From Phallusia mammillata (lineage: Eukaryota), in assembly GCA_965637545.1 (NCBI GenBank), contig OZ281501.1, forward strand, positions 7,254,001 to 7,318,000: a DNA stretch of 64,000 nt. The letters run 5' to 3'. The notes beneath the pieces were generated by a model, which worked only from the letters and a program-made list of their open reading frames with translations, had not been told where the DNA came from and did not search any database. A program made the translations under genes and the position numbers. Shown in pieces: positions 40,801 to 52,850 of this stretch. Every line of letters starts with the position of its first letter. Position 1 is the stretch's first letter.

Positions 40801-43800
40801 ATGGGACTTGTTCTTACCCAAACTTTATTTGTTTTAGAACTGAAGAAACTTACACCAAGCCGGAATCTGACGATGAACTCTTGCGGCCGATCTCGCTCGA
40901 TGCTTGGAAGTACGAGCAAGTAAAACATGATGAGGCTTCTACATCCCGGGCAGTCAAACCCCGGCGTCCGTTATCACCGTCCTCTTCTTCTGAGAGCGAT
41001 GGCGAAAAGGAATACAGGAGGAAGAAGCAAGAGCGCGAGAGACGACGTCAGGAGGATTACTCCATGGAGATGGAAGAGTATGAAAGCCTTCAGCAGTCCT
41101 CCAGACAGAAGAAGTCGCGCAGGAAGAGGGTTGATGAAGAACCGGAATATATGCAGAAGCTCAGAAGGAGAAGGTGCTTAAAAATGAACAGTTTGCAACA
41201 TAATAACCCCTTAATTGTCGTTTGTATTTTAATGATGAGAGTATTCAATGTTTAGTAATTTGTATTTGTTGTAGATCTTTCGAATATGAAGAGCTGATGC
41301 GACCTATTACGGAGGTTGTTCTCCAGAAGAGGAGACGACGACCTGTGTCTTCATCTTCATCATCATCAGACAGCAGCAGTGACGACGAAGAATACCGCAG
41401 ACAACAACGTCAACTGAGAAAATCACGCAAATCCAGGTAACACAAACTTCCAACCCGACCCCAAACTCACAACATTCCACCACATACATTTGCCCGCAAT
41501 ATTACACATATATTTGCCCGCAATATTAACCTATATGTTTATCTTTAGACGCCATTACGACGAATACGAAGAAGACCTTTCCTCCGGTATCGAGTTTACA
41601 AGCTCCAAGTTGAAGCGTGAAACGAGTTACGGAGGAGTAAGCAGAAATGCAGCGGACTATGCACCAACTTTCCAGCTACGTATGAGATCACACGTGGTCC
41701 CGGAAGGCATGAGCACGAAGCTGAGCGCATATGTCCGCGGTCGACCAGAACCCAAGATCACTTGGTACAGAAATGGAACCGAGCTGACACCAGGTGGCAG
41801 CAAATACTACATCAGTAACATCGGAGGTAAGAATTCAGCTTCTACAGTTTGAGAAATTCTATGTTGTGAAGTTCAGGGTAGACTATATTGGTTGCCTGTA
41901 GCTACTGGTAACACGGAATATGTGACTTTTGCAGGTGTGACATCACTTGAGATCGTGCGTTGTCACGAAGGAGACAGTGGAACCTACCGTTGCTCTGCAA
42001 GAAACTCGAGAGGCGAAGTGTCGGATTATGCTACTCTTGAGGTCACTGGATCTGAATTTGAGTCAAGCGCATCCAAGCGAGGCGTTGACCAATTCCACAT
42101 GACTATGGAAAGAGTCGACGCAAGAACTGCTCTGTCAAGGTAAATAACCACACCTGTTGAAATTACCACTTGCAGTTGACTAGATTTTTAACCTTTTCCT
42201 ATTGTTTTAGGGCCGAGACAACTACAGAAAGGGACTTTTACTCGCGGGCGTCAATCCAATCAGAGGTACAACCTGCTTCCAGAACATCCACTTACAGTGA
42301 ATACGGTGCAGACAGCCGAATGGGAGGTGTCACACCATCATCTATGACTGGTGCACCGTACTTCGTCATTCAACCGAAAAGCCAATATGTGATGGAGGGA
42401 GACAACGTAATGTTTACAACACAATGCGATGGCAAACCTTCACCAAAAGGTTAGTTAAGTTTATATTGTGTTTGTATTTTGAAACTTACGAGTATAACGA
42501 ACTTTGTCAAATTGGCATTTGGCACTGAAAAAAAACATGTTTTAATCTTGATCTGTTTTGGCAGTGACTTGGTACCACGACGACCGCCAGATTCGTGAAA
42601 GTGAGAAATACACGCTGGGCGCTTCAAGAGGCAAGCGAACATTCGAAATCCGAAATGCAAACGTCGCCGACATCGGTCAATACAAATGTGTGGCCGAGTC
42701 CAGCAAAGGATCAGCGGTGTCTGACTTTACTCTTGACGTCACTGCCCGTCGTCGCCCAGTATCGTCGGCAGCATCGGCATACGAGCGAACAACGCCACCG
42801 ATTAAGCTTGGTCGACAGGCAAGAGGTCCAGTGATCGTTGGACAACTCCATGTTGAGCTGCGATTGGATGGTACTGTTCATCTCGAATGCAGCGTTTCCA
42901 ATTCTGATGACGTAACTCGTGTGAGTTGGCGAAAAGACGGAACGCCTGTGAGGTAAGATATACACCAAGCACTAAGTTATAATTACCACTACGATATAGA
43001 GTTTTCTAAATGAATAATTTATCTGTTAGAACATCAAGTGAAAGAATCAGAGAAGCCAATTTCGGTTGCTCTTACTCTCTCATCATCCACGAGCTGCGCG
43101 AGGAAGACGCCGGCTTATACGAATGCGAGTTTACTGCTTCCAACGGAGCCATCTCCACTACCATTTGCACCATGTCGCGAGACTCTTGTGCAAGCATGCG
43201 CAAAAAGGTCTCAAAATTGGCTGGAGCTAGTGGACGCTCAAGCGCTTCTCCAATGAGCGGTTTGATGCAACACATGGAAAAATCAATGCAGCAAACGTCA
43301 CAGATTACATCGTTTTCATCGGAAAGTCGAGGATCTTCTGTAACATCAGCAAGAGGTAAATAAATAACACAATAACACTGTTAATTTTGTGTTAGCACAT
43401 GAAGCCGTGATTTTAACGTTCTCTTTTATTTTGCAGCAGCCCCGACCAAGATCGAAGCTCTTCCTGGATCAGTGACCGTCAGCAACGGGAAGGTACTTAC
43501 ACTGACCACTGCATTGTCCGGGCAAGGGCCTTGCGTTGCTGTGTGGTTTCATAACGGAATGACACTCAGGTAAATATTGGGCAGTGTAAATTTTGTGCCA
43601 TAGCGTAAAATCAATCGTTGCAGTATTCTAAACAAACTTGTATTTGTTACAGCGATGGAGACGATAGCGGCCGGATTCGACTTGAAAGCACGGATTCGTC
43701 AACTACACTAACAATTCTCGGCGCAAAGGCTTCGGACGCTGGAAAATACAGACTCGAAGTGGCCAGCCCAAAAGGATCAGACTCAGCCACTACCAACGTT

Positions 43801-43812
43801 ACTGTGGCCTAA
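1..43812 (+). CDS. TTN: Titin/connectin, multi-exon, 5'-truncated by the window (A-band C-zone, P-zone, kinase, M-line)
   Basis: Spliced + strand translation gives tandem Ig (..GRP.P.V.W.K..DSG.Y) and Fn3 (W..P..DGGS.I..Y.VEKRE..Y.FRV.A.N..G) domains in Ig-Fn-Fn-Ig-Fn-Fn-Fn-Ig-Fn-Fn-Fn order. A kinase and M-line Ig domains follow, ending in an M10-like domain (PTKIEALP...GKVLT...GSDSATTNVTVA*). Introns are GT-AG; stop TAA at 43810-43812. Confidence 0.97.
1363..1978 (+). CDS. Putative alternative first exon of titin encoding a 205-aa charged, partly coiled-coil leader
   Basis: Stop-free frame from 1279, with ATG at 1363 (ggcATGa). A phase-1 donor a|GTATGG at 1978/1979 and a 56-bp intron lead to the titin acceptor at 2034, which is also phase 1. 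It sits in a 920-bp intron (1115-2034) among ~60-150 bp introns. Confidence 0.55.
10986..28313 (+). CDS. TTN: Titin giant A-band exon (17,328 bp, 5776 codons)
   Basis: Acceptor ttttcag|att at 10985/10986, donor gag|gttagt at 28313/28314. Corresponds to the 5764-aa ORF 11040-28334. Confidence 0.95.
28402..29785 (+). CDS. TTN: Titin A-band small-exon cluster between the two giant exons
   Basis: Five short exons (six flanking or internal introns) continue the eighth complete super-repeat (Fn, Ig, Fn, Fn) in phase. Confidence 0.9.
29874..37370 (+). CDS. TTN: Titin second large exon (7,497 bp): last super-repeats, P-zone and N-terminal part of the kinase
   Basis: Acceptor caacag|ga at 29873/29874, donor gaag|gtgcga at 37370/37371. 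Corresponds to the 2509-aa ORF 29864-37393. Confidence 0.95.
36911..37910 (+). CDS. TTN: Titin kinase domain (CAMK/MLCK-like), split by two introns; autoregulatory tail follows to ~38118
   Basis: Motifs LGRGTFG, WAVK (36989-37000), HLDIKPEN (37268-37291), IDFG (37331-37342), GTPEFCAPE (from 37508), DMWSLGV and HPW. Tail RKFYQTIKK...ASGGAMRSLKGKSVAKVKV resembles the vertebrate titin kinase regulatory tail. Confidence 0.95.
38119..43812 (+). CDS. TTN: Titin M-line region: seven Ig domains plus a long is2-like unique insertion
   Basis: M2-like PPEFTLPLYN, M3-like RPMFRRLLAN, is2-like LRMPYDVPEP...FVPLSDFKWYKK, M4-like LRMRSHVVP...DYATLEVTG and terminal M10-like KIEALP...GSDSAT. Matches are to recalled vertebrate titin sequence. 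Confidence 0.88.
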
Positions 43813-44420
43813 ACCGGACTTAGCTGTTTTTTTTTGTACATACTGTAAATATTATGTTGTGAATTGTTTGGGGCAATGTCCTTTGCTTTAAGCAAATATG
43901 TATAGCGGATTGTCTTTACTAAACCACGTTCACCGATGGTGCCTACTTGCAAATCACTGCTATAGACGGATAAAAACGTCGAAACTTGTACAAAGAAACA
44001 ATGCTTTTCAAACCTTTACTTGACTGTGACATTTTATGACATGGAAATGTACTCTTGTCTATGATGCTGCCTTGCAAAGGCAACTATTTATGCTGACCTG
44101 TCACAATATGACATAGAACAATTAGTGCCTTGGCACATTGGTACGAAAGCTAGCTTACGAAAATGACAAACCAATAAGCGTTAATATCATCCCCTTGTCA
44201 GTCATCAAGGCCATGAGGTTAACGTTGTATTGGTGAATGCTGGTTGGTCAAAAAAAGCGCTTACCTTCAAATGTTATTAATTTATTGGGCTATTATACTG
44301 TTCATTTATTGATTTCACTTACATCTCAAAGTCATTCAACTGATTTTCCTACATTGTGTTTTCTGGCGATGTTCCTTCTTGCCAAATCCCCTTTATCGGC
44401 TGTTTCCGTTTAACGTGAGT

Positions 44421-44490
44421 TGACCGCCCGGTGGCGCCCCTGTCACATGATGTCTGTGTGACGTCATTATCCTCGCCATTTGTGACGTCA
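44421..44490. promoter_or_regulatory. CTCF-like motif followed by two CRE/ATF palindromes
   Basis: tgaccgcccggtggcgccc (44421-44439) resembles the CTCF core consensus. TGACGTCA occurs at 44459-44466 and 44483-44490, both in a GTGACGTCAT context, in a short GC-rich patch between titin and the next gene. Motif match only. Confidence 0.35.
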
Positions 44491-44847
44491 TCCACACGTA
44501 ATGACACTTGTTGGCCGGTTCTCGCCGCCGTTGTTTTTGTTTTATTTAGTATTTACAGCGCATGCCCCCAAAATTAATATTACACGTGAACGTGCATGTT
44601 ATCACTTTGTTTGGACAAGTTTGGAAATTTTAATAAACATCACTTGCAATCAATTACTTGTGTTTATAAAACATTCATTCAAAAAAAGTTATTTCAAGGA
44701 AATGAATCAAATAATCTAAATATAGGCAAACCAGTCGATAGTTATTGCAAAGGCTGTATGAACCAAAATTTCTTAAACTCACCAAGGTTCCAGTTTCAAA
44801 CTGGAATTTTCCGGCGAAAACTTACATAAAAAACAAAATCATAACAG

Positions 44848-45163
44848 AAAGGCTATAGCCTCAGGGTTATTTCAAAAATCGGTTAAAAATTTCGGTTTCC
44901 GAATCCGGTTTAAACCGTTGAGGAGGCAGAAACCGACTGAAGCCAGCTTGAAACTGGAGTATTTCGAAGAAAACACATTTAAAATCGGATTTGTTCATCC
45001 ACAAAAGTCGAATAAACGGAAAGGCTATAGCCTACGATTTTTTTTCAAAATTTTGGTCAAAATTTTGGTTCTACTTAGCCTCCTACCAACCCCCCAAACC
45101 GGTTAAACCAAAATCGAAAAACCAAATTTTTGACCCGATTTTCGAAAAAAGGCTACAGCCTTT
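44848..45163. repeat. MITE-like dispersed repeat bounded by AGGCTATAGCCT palindromes
   Basis: Ends are inverted (aaaggctatagcct...aaaaatcggttaaaaattt versus aaatttttgacccgattttcgaaaaaaggctacagccttt), with a third palindrome internally near 45022. An inverted homologue lies at 51101-51295. No TSD resolved. Confidence 0.6.
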
Positions 45164-46043
45164 CCGTTTTTTCAATTTTTTTTCTAATCACTTTTGCTCA
45201 TCTCAGACCTAATCACTTGGAAAATTGTATTGCCTTCGTGCGGCGGTGCATACATCTTTAACAACAAAAGATGGTGTGGTAAACTATGCAAGAAAATGTC
45301 AGTACCTTGCTTTAAACAAGATTTAAAAACATGGGATGTGCAAAAAGCTAAACATATAACAATAAACGCAGTTAATGCAGGTGGCAATTGGACTTCGCCT
45401 GTTTAAGCTTATTTAATCGAATTGCTGTTATGAGATATTCGCCCAACGTTGGAAAGAATTTATTTCTGCAGTAGATTTTGTATTTATGTTAAACTTCATA
45501 TGTTTGGCTCCATGTTGCAAGTCTGAAAGCGTGTAATCAGTGTGTAACACCATGTTTGCTTTCGAATGATCTTAAAAGTTTACTTAGTAACCCGAAAATA
45601 TTGAGTTGGATCCACAAAATCCACGCTAAATTTCATAACCCACCAATTCTGAACGACGGGAACCCAGACAAGCAAATTTCAACGGTCGTTGGTGGCAGCA
45701 AAGAGTATCTGTCGCATCTAACCGTAAACTTCGAAAACCTCGTCTGCTTTATACTGTGCCAACCGGTCCCAACCCAACAGGTGTCACCACCAGTATTGAA
45801 CGAAAGAAAGAAATTTATAGGGTAATTTGCTTCTGACTTTGTTATGTTTAGCAAATACCACCGCTATATGTTTACCGACGACCCAGATTTTTTAACAGCC
45901 AGTATGGTACCAGTAGTGTTAAAAATGATTTGCTTTGATGTGCATTTTTACATTGATAAGCCCAAAGCTTTTGTATTTTTGGGAGCATAATGTTGGATTT
46001 AATCTCACATTTAAGAGAGATTATACAAAACAAACGTTAAAAC

Positions 46044-48166
46044 CAGGGGCGGCTCGTGCTAGGGTGCTGCGGAGCTGCAGCACCCCCTAGATATTTTCAC
46101 CTAGTATTCCTACCCCAACAATACAGATAACGTTCATGATACTTATTTTGTCATTCCTTAGTATAATTTTTATAAGTATAATTTCCGCCTTGATCAGCAT
46201 TTTAAAAAAAATTATGGCATTAATATGTTATCTATGGTGGAACTGCAGCTCCAGTTTCATGACGTTTTGCACTTGTGCGCATGCGCAGTTGGAAAAGCTA
46301 CATGCCGAGCGAAATAGGCGACAGGGGGCTGCGGCTCGCGCAGCTCCACCAATCACGCAGCGTGTGAACCGGCCGCTGTAGTTGTGTTGTCTGTTCCGGG
46401 TCTATATTGTGCTCCAAAACCAAACCCGTTTGCTATATTCTTAAGTGCGACAGTGAGTACAGTTAAACAATTTTTTTGCCTTTTTTAAATTTATTTGTTT
46501 GAAGGTTACTCGTGAATTTTTAAGATGACTTTAAGTGGGCTTCAGTTTTTGCAGTTATCATTGAATTAGGAAGTGTATCTACCACCTTAAAAAAGGTCAT
46601 CTAACACTTTGAAAAGTCACGATTAACCTTTACAATAAAAACCTGAATAAAAAGTTAAGAAAACTGGGATAAAACATCTTCTATTCCAAATATGTCATGC
46701 AGGAATAAGCAACCACAAGAACTACTCACACTGTAAAGTTAAATGCCTCACTGAAATTCACGCAATATGAAATGCAGAACAAACAATTGCACAAGCAACA
46801 GGAATTTTGAAATACCTTAGTGATGACAACACAAGCAACAGGAATTTTGAAATACCTTAGTGATGACAATTTCAAGTTTTGGTTTCTTAACACACCATGT
46901 GGACAGTATTTGCAACCAAGTGCAATCATGTGTATTGATATAATGGACATGTTATGTTTCTTTAAACAGTAGCTGCTAAATTGCTACACAGGAAATGTTT
47001 CTTAAGAATGAACATTCTACAGGGGAGATATTAGTGACCACCAAACATATCCTGTTGTTAGAAAAGTTACTGAAACTTTTAAAGGAAAAGCCAGTTAGCC
47101 AGCAATTTCCATGAGTCTCTCCAAGGCAAAACGGTTCTTGAAAAGGATGTCAACACTGAAAAGGATGCAAACTTTTCTGAGGAACACCATTATTTCCAAA
47201 AAGACTTGCACTTGCAGTGATAGGTAGCACTAAATAGAAAAAAAACGGTTTCTTGGTTGTCATTTGGAAATCAAGGAAGAAGCTATCAATTATTTTGCTT
47301 AAACTATAGCTTTATGATTCATTTTGGTTGTAAAATAGAAGCACAAGGTTTAATAATATGTTTAAAATTTAAGTGAGAGTGTTGTAATTTTCAAAGCTTG
47401 CAGAGTTTTGTACTTCAAAAATTGAATTATAAGCTATTTGCCACCAAATAAAGCATCAAGTTTAGCAGTTAAGAAACTTACAAACAATTAATAGTTGTAC
47501 ACAAAAAATAAGAAAAGATGTTAAATAAACAAGTTCTGACACAAATGTAATGTGGTTGTTGAATTTGTCAGTTATGATAGAAATAAAAAGCTTTATGGCT
47601 ATTTTTTTTTGTGTGACAATTATAATCTGTGTCGTGTAATGGAATATGTTGAAAATGCTGACTGTGGCTATAAGGTACTTAAATGATACATGACCATATT
47701 AATGACTGAATAGCAAGTGTGTTAGTTAGTAGTCATTGTTATAACCAGTTTTACTTAAATGTTGTCCAATTGAAATACTTCGACCTTTTTCGACTCATTT
47801 ATTAATAATTTTGTTCGACATACTGTTGTTGTGTTTTACCGTATTTACAACCGCTTTGTTTCGAGTCTGTGTCACGTGTGTTTTTGTGCCACATTATTAC
47901 TGCATGTTATTGAGTTTGGCCTGTCGCTGTGCAAGTAAACAAAATTCCCCAATGATACCGTCTGCTGTTTACACCCGTGTACATTAATGCGTAAAAACCA
48001 TTACGTCACAATGGAGTTGCTAATTAAGATTTGTATTACTTGGTTTTCTACACAAAACAATGACTAGAAAACTAGAAATGTGGCTTTTCTATATATTGCC
48101 AACTTATCCAATAAAGGCAAAAATTGGAGCAGCACCCCCAGAATTTTTAGGCACGAGCCGCCACTG
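46044..48166 (+). mobile_element. Non-autonomous hAT DNA transposon (2,123 bp) with decayed transposase remnants
   Basis: TIRs CAGGGGCGGCTCGTGC / GCACGAGCCGCCACTG (1 mismatch). Perfect 8-bp TSD GTTAAAAC at 46036-46043 and 46043-matching 48167-48174. Broken frames TQATGILKYLSDDNFKFWFL and HVDSICNQVQ (~46830-46930) resemble hAT/ZMYM1-like transposases (weak). Confidence 0.88.
46790..46869. repeat. Perfect 40-bp tandem duplication inside the hAT element
   Basis: cacaagcaacaggaattttgaaataccttagtgatgacaa occurs twice in tandem. A 40-bp duplication shifts the remnant transposase frame. Confidence 0.9.
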
Positions 48167-48262
48167 GTTAAAACCGTTTTATCCGCCGATGGTAGGCTAC
48201 GTTGATGACCAAAAATCTCTTTAACAAACAACATTGCCATTTTACGCGAAACTTGTTCAATT

Positions 48263-48746
48263 CAGGGAGTTGAACCGCTTGTCATATGGGTTCAGGTTCG
48301 GTTAGGATTCACTTGGTTTTGCTTTTAAGGGTTCGGGTTTGGTTCAGGTTTTTAAAAATGTATATTTTCGGGTTCGGGTTTTGTTCCGGTTTGGCAAATT
48401 ATCCGGTCCGAACTGGTTTGCGGTTTTCAAACCGGTTCAAATTTTCATTCGTTTCAATTTAATTCTACCTATCATCTTCCAGGCCTTATCAAATCCCAAA
48501 AGATTTTTGACCATGTACTGTTATTTATCTCGCGAAAATCACAAAATATAAAACAGACTGCATTTTTTACTGGTTCGGTTCCGGTTCGGGTCCAACGCCA
48601 AACAAAATATAGGGTTCAACTCCGGTTAGGGTTTTTAGAAATCGTAATTAGCGGTTCGGGTTCGGTTCGGGTTCGGTTCGGGTTTAATGAAATTAACCGC
48701 TCAAACCGGTTCGCGGGTTCGGGTTCAGTTCCGGTTCGACTCTCTG
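48263..48746. mobile_element. hAT-type MITE (484 bp) rich in GGTTCG/GGGTTC subterminal repeats
   Basis: TIRs CAGGGAGTTGAACCG / CGGTTCGACTCTCTG (2 mismatches). Perfect 8-bp TSD GTTCAATT at 48255-48262 and 48747-48754. Confidence 0.88.
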
Positions 48747-51100
48747 GTTCAATTAGTTCTTGATTTTGTTACAGACATTTTTCACTGTAATACTTTTATG
48801 TGGTCACGCATGAGTGATACTAATTAAACCTCACCGAAAACGAAAACCGCGCACTTTAACACAGACAGAACAAGAGTCGCCAGAGCTTGCAGATTTTGTT
48901 AGTCAATTTTAAATGAGTTATTTCTTTGTAATACTGGAACAGTTCCTATAAAATAAGTTCCAAGTTATGCTCAGCTTTTCTACTAACTACTAACTGCGGT
49001 TCACAATTTTAGATTGCACAAGAACATGATTTGTTGATAATTGAAGATGACCCTTACTTTTATCTTCAATATTCCGAGGTAATACACTGTAGACTTACTA
49101 CAGATTATGACACTGCTTTCTCAAAGTTTTGAAATTGCCATCTGTGAACTGCCAATACTTAAGAATATTGATTTAATTGACAATGTGCTTTGCTTTTTTC
49201 GATTTTGTGATACCTTGTAAATGCATGAAGTAATGAACATTTACTTAAATATGTTTGTATTGTTTTTAAATCCACAGGACTTTGTTCTGATCTGAGTTAT
49301 CAATCTCTTGACACAGATGGCAGAGTAATTCGGCTGGATTCCATGACAAAATAGTTTGGCTGAGGTATTTAAAAAAACTGTTAACTGAGTTTCAAAATGC
49401 ACAATTGGTTTGCAACAACCTATTTGCAATAAAATTGTCTAGTTGAAAATTTTATGTTTATAGTGAACATGACACACAACAATAAAGATGTAGGCTACTA
49501 CTAGTGTTGGCCGTTCCATTTATGATATTAATTGCATAGGTATTAAAGGTGGACACTTGAAGTTGAAGAGTCAGTCTAACATATTTTGGTAACCTTTTGT
49601 ATGTTTAAGGGTACAACCACAAAAAAATCTGCTATGTGGCGTTACATTATATGTGCTTAAGTTGATGTTAAATTTAAAAAAAACAAGCAAATCAAACAAA
49701 AGTCATGTTGTTTAATCCACAGTTTGCAATTATGACACAGTTTGATCATTGGGGCTTGGATGGTTTTCACCAACACATTAACTACCTTTTTTACCAGAAA
49801 CTAAGAGATCGTACTGAAAAAATAATGGATGAGTTGCTGACCGGTAAGTGTTTTAACCTTGTTAAGGTTACTATAGCTTTTTTGAATTCACAATAAGCCT
49901 GCCTTAAGCATCACTTACTTTGTAATTAGTCCAAACTTTGTTCCTACATGATGCAAATTATAGTTTTCTAGCTAATGTGTATGCTGTAACTTCTCTCACA
50001 GATTTAATTGAATGGAAATCTCCTGAAGCTGTTTCATGTACTTGGGCGAAAAAAACAACCAGGATTCTCTTATTTTGCCAACACAGAATTTTGTGAAAAA
50101 CATGATGTGTTTGTTGTACCTGGGGTTGACTTTTCATGTGACTTAAATACTGCAACAGCATATTTTCGAATTTGTTTTACATACACCAATCAACAAGAAG
50201 AGGTGAGAAAATATTATGTGTAACAACAAATTCTGTTTGCAAAGTCAGTCTAGAATGTTTCACCTGTGATATCATCAAATCATTTCAAAACTTTTACCAA
50301 TTTTTATGTTCAAATATCAAATATTAGTTCATGAAATTTGTTTCTAAAACCATAAGACTATTTGTGTTTTAGTAAACATTTTTACACCTGGGTAACCTAA
50401 ACCTTTGCTATATAACTGTTGTACTTTTGACTTTTATTCATTTTCATGGTTTTATGAGAAAACTGGTTGAAACATTTTCTTTTTTAGGCGATCAAGCGTC
50501 TGTGAAACCTGGTTGTGGACATAAATGCAAGACAATGATGATCAATTGTCCTCATTCACCAATAATTGTAACAACTACTTTATACTATACTTTATTACAA
50601 TTGTTTCGATTTTTAAAATTCTTTAATATATTTGCAAAGTCAATACTCGTAATTGAAACTTAAAGCTTGAATCACCTAGTCGGTTGCATGGTGGATGAAG
50701 ACTAATGAGCCTTGTAGCAATGGATGTAAGTTCAGAAAAAACACTTGGTCGTTCACCCTTTCGTTTTAAAGATATATATATATATTTCGCTATTACAGCA
50801 TCGGTCAGTATCTACGAACAAGCAGTATGTTTTTGAACATTCTATTTAACCGATTTCATTAGTAAATATAAGCATTATTCGTGCGCGAAAAAATGCCTTT
50901 TGTTAGTTGTAGTGGAGTAAAACAGAATTACTTCTGTTTTTAAGAAGAAACTCTTGACGATCCCGAAGAATTTTAAAAAGAAGCCCTTGACGATCCCGAA
51001 AAATTTTCTTCGAGGAAAGAGTATCAGAAAGCACGCATTAGGGCATGTTTATTGATAGTATACCGGAAACGGAAAACAAAAATTGTAACCTAAAAAAAAT

Positions 51101-51295
51101 TGTAGCCTTTCCTTTTTTTAGGTTAGGGGGCGTCAAAAAAATCCGGTTTTAGATGTGTATTCGCCTAAACATTCCAGTTTCAAACTGGTTTTAGCCGGTT
51201 TCTGCAGCCTACCGAACCTACAAGCCGGTTTAAACCGAAATTGGGAGCCATAAATTTGAACCCGATTTTCGAAAAAAACGAAGGCCATAGTCTTA
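51101..51295 (-). repeat. Inverted copy of the AGGCTATAGCCT-bounded repeat at 44848-45040
   Basis: Its reverse complement aligns to 44848-45035, e.g. gcagaaaccggctaaaaccagtttgaaactgg versus gcagaaaccgactgaagccagcttgaaactgg; roughly 75-80% identical by eye. Confidence 0.7.
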
Positions 51296-52850
51296 CTCTT
51301 TTCTTCGGTTTTTGTGGCTCAAAAAATTTGGGACAAATAACCGGTTATATAATCGCTTATGTAACACCGTTAATTGCTTTTCCAGATTCCAAGTTGGCGC
51401 TGTCAACGATGCCGGTCAATCTGATACAAGCAATAAAGCGAAACAACCAGCACTGTTGAAATAAAACCTCCAACATACGAGGTAAGAGCTGGACGCAGAC
51501 ATAAAGCAGAGTCACTGTAAAAAGTCGACCTACGCCAAGTGCTAATTGGACTAAGGAAGGCGATTTGCAAGAGGATAGAACAGTTATCGATACGACCAGC
51601 TCATTCGGGTAAGGCATAAGAAGAAACATGGACTAAGTATAAAGGGTAGAGTTGTAGCCTTGACTTTCTTCTTAGCCTCTTGGTTGTAAACAACTGTAAC
51701 CGACACGGCGCTGGCAAATACGAGTTGATGATTGACAACAGCGCGGGATCAAAGATGGTCGCGGTAAACGACAAGGCTTCGGCCTATCCTGGCCCTGTGC
51801 AGAACCTTGAAGTAAAGGATGTTACCAAGAGCACAGCTTTCTTGATGTGGAACACACCAAAGACTGATGGAGGGGCTGTGATTTCCAATTACATTGTTGA
51901 AAAACGACTGTCTACACAAACGGCCTGGTCCACTGTTTCAACAGAGGTAAACAATAATACAAAATCAAAGCTATCGTTATCGTAGCAAAAGCTAATAACA
52001 CTTTATTAACTGATGTTAACTTTGATTTGACTGTGTAAACTTATTGTGTAACTTCCTAGGTACACCATGAGTCTCACAAAGTGACAGGTCTTGCTGAGGG
52101 TGAACAATATTTCTTCCGCGTTCTGGCTAAAAACAAATACGGCATTGGCGAACCGACCGAGACCTGCGAGGTTGCTAGAGCTGCAGAAATTCCTGGAGCC
52201 CCCAAGTCTTTGGATGTAACAGGTTTTAACAAGACATCGGCTTCCCTTGTCTGGACTAAACCCGAATCAGATGGCGGAAGCCCAATTATTGCTTATTTGG
52301 TTGAGATGCAAATAGAGGGTATGGATGCATGGGTAACCACGGCAACTACATTAGCATTAAAGTAAGTTTTTTTTTCTGGTACTGATACAATGTTAAGATG
52401 TGTGTGTTGCCTAATCAAAAACAAGCGTACAAATTAATGTTACATTATACCGATTACCGACACTTACTTAACATCTGTTCGTTGCTGCAGGGCAACCATC
52501 AACGACTTATACGAGGGAGCGAAGTATCACTTCAGGGTGCGAGCTAAGAACGTCATGGGACCCGGTGAACCTATAAATACAGTGACCGCCAAGGATGACG
52601 TCACCGGACCTGGGGCCGATCTGCGCGAACTCTGTATGGGGAGGCAAGCTTCTGATGGTGTAATGCGCAGAGACAATGTTGACCGGCCTGGGCGTCCAGA
52701 GGCTGTCGAGGTCTGGCGTACAGGCGTCAGTTTGGTCTGGACAAAGCCGGAATGTGACGGTGGGGCCAAAGTCAATGGTAAGTCGACTAAACTTTGGTTA
52801 GTTTTCCCTGCAGGGTGCACTAATCGTTTTTGTCCGAATTTCCTTTTTTC

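Larger units (their letters stand above)
45430..50538 (+). pseudogene. Disabled kynurenine/alpha-aminoadipate aminotransferase (AADAT/KAT II)-like gene
   Basis: Exon remnants: MRYSPNVG (45430); NPKILSWIHKIHAKFHNPP and RKPRLLYTVPTGPNPTG...ERKKEIYR (45588-45821); IAQEHDLLIIEDDPYFYLQY (49013-49078); LDTDGRVIRLDSMTK (49278-49364); HWGLDGF...LLTG (49723-49843); LIEWKSP...VVPG...YFRICF (50002-50202); AIKRL* (50488). These are collinear with PLP-dependent class I AADAT. Lesions: internal deletion, frameshifts, TAG 49352-49354, TGA 50503-50505. Confidence 0.85.

Noticed and set aside
43813-44640. Titin polyadenylation site
   Set aside because: No canonical AATAAA until 44632, which lies beyond the GC-rich motif patch, so the 3' end cannot be placed from sequence alone.
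51470-51495. Small insertion creating a perfect GAG|GTAAGA donor in the duplicate's first exon remnant
   Set aside because: It lies after an in-frame stop when the exon is entered in its ancestral phase; there is no evidence of use.
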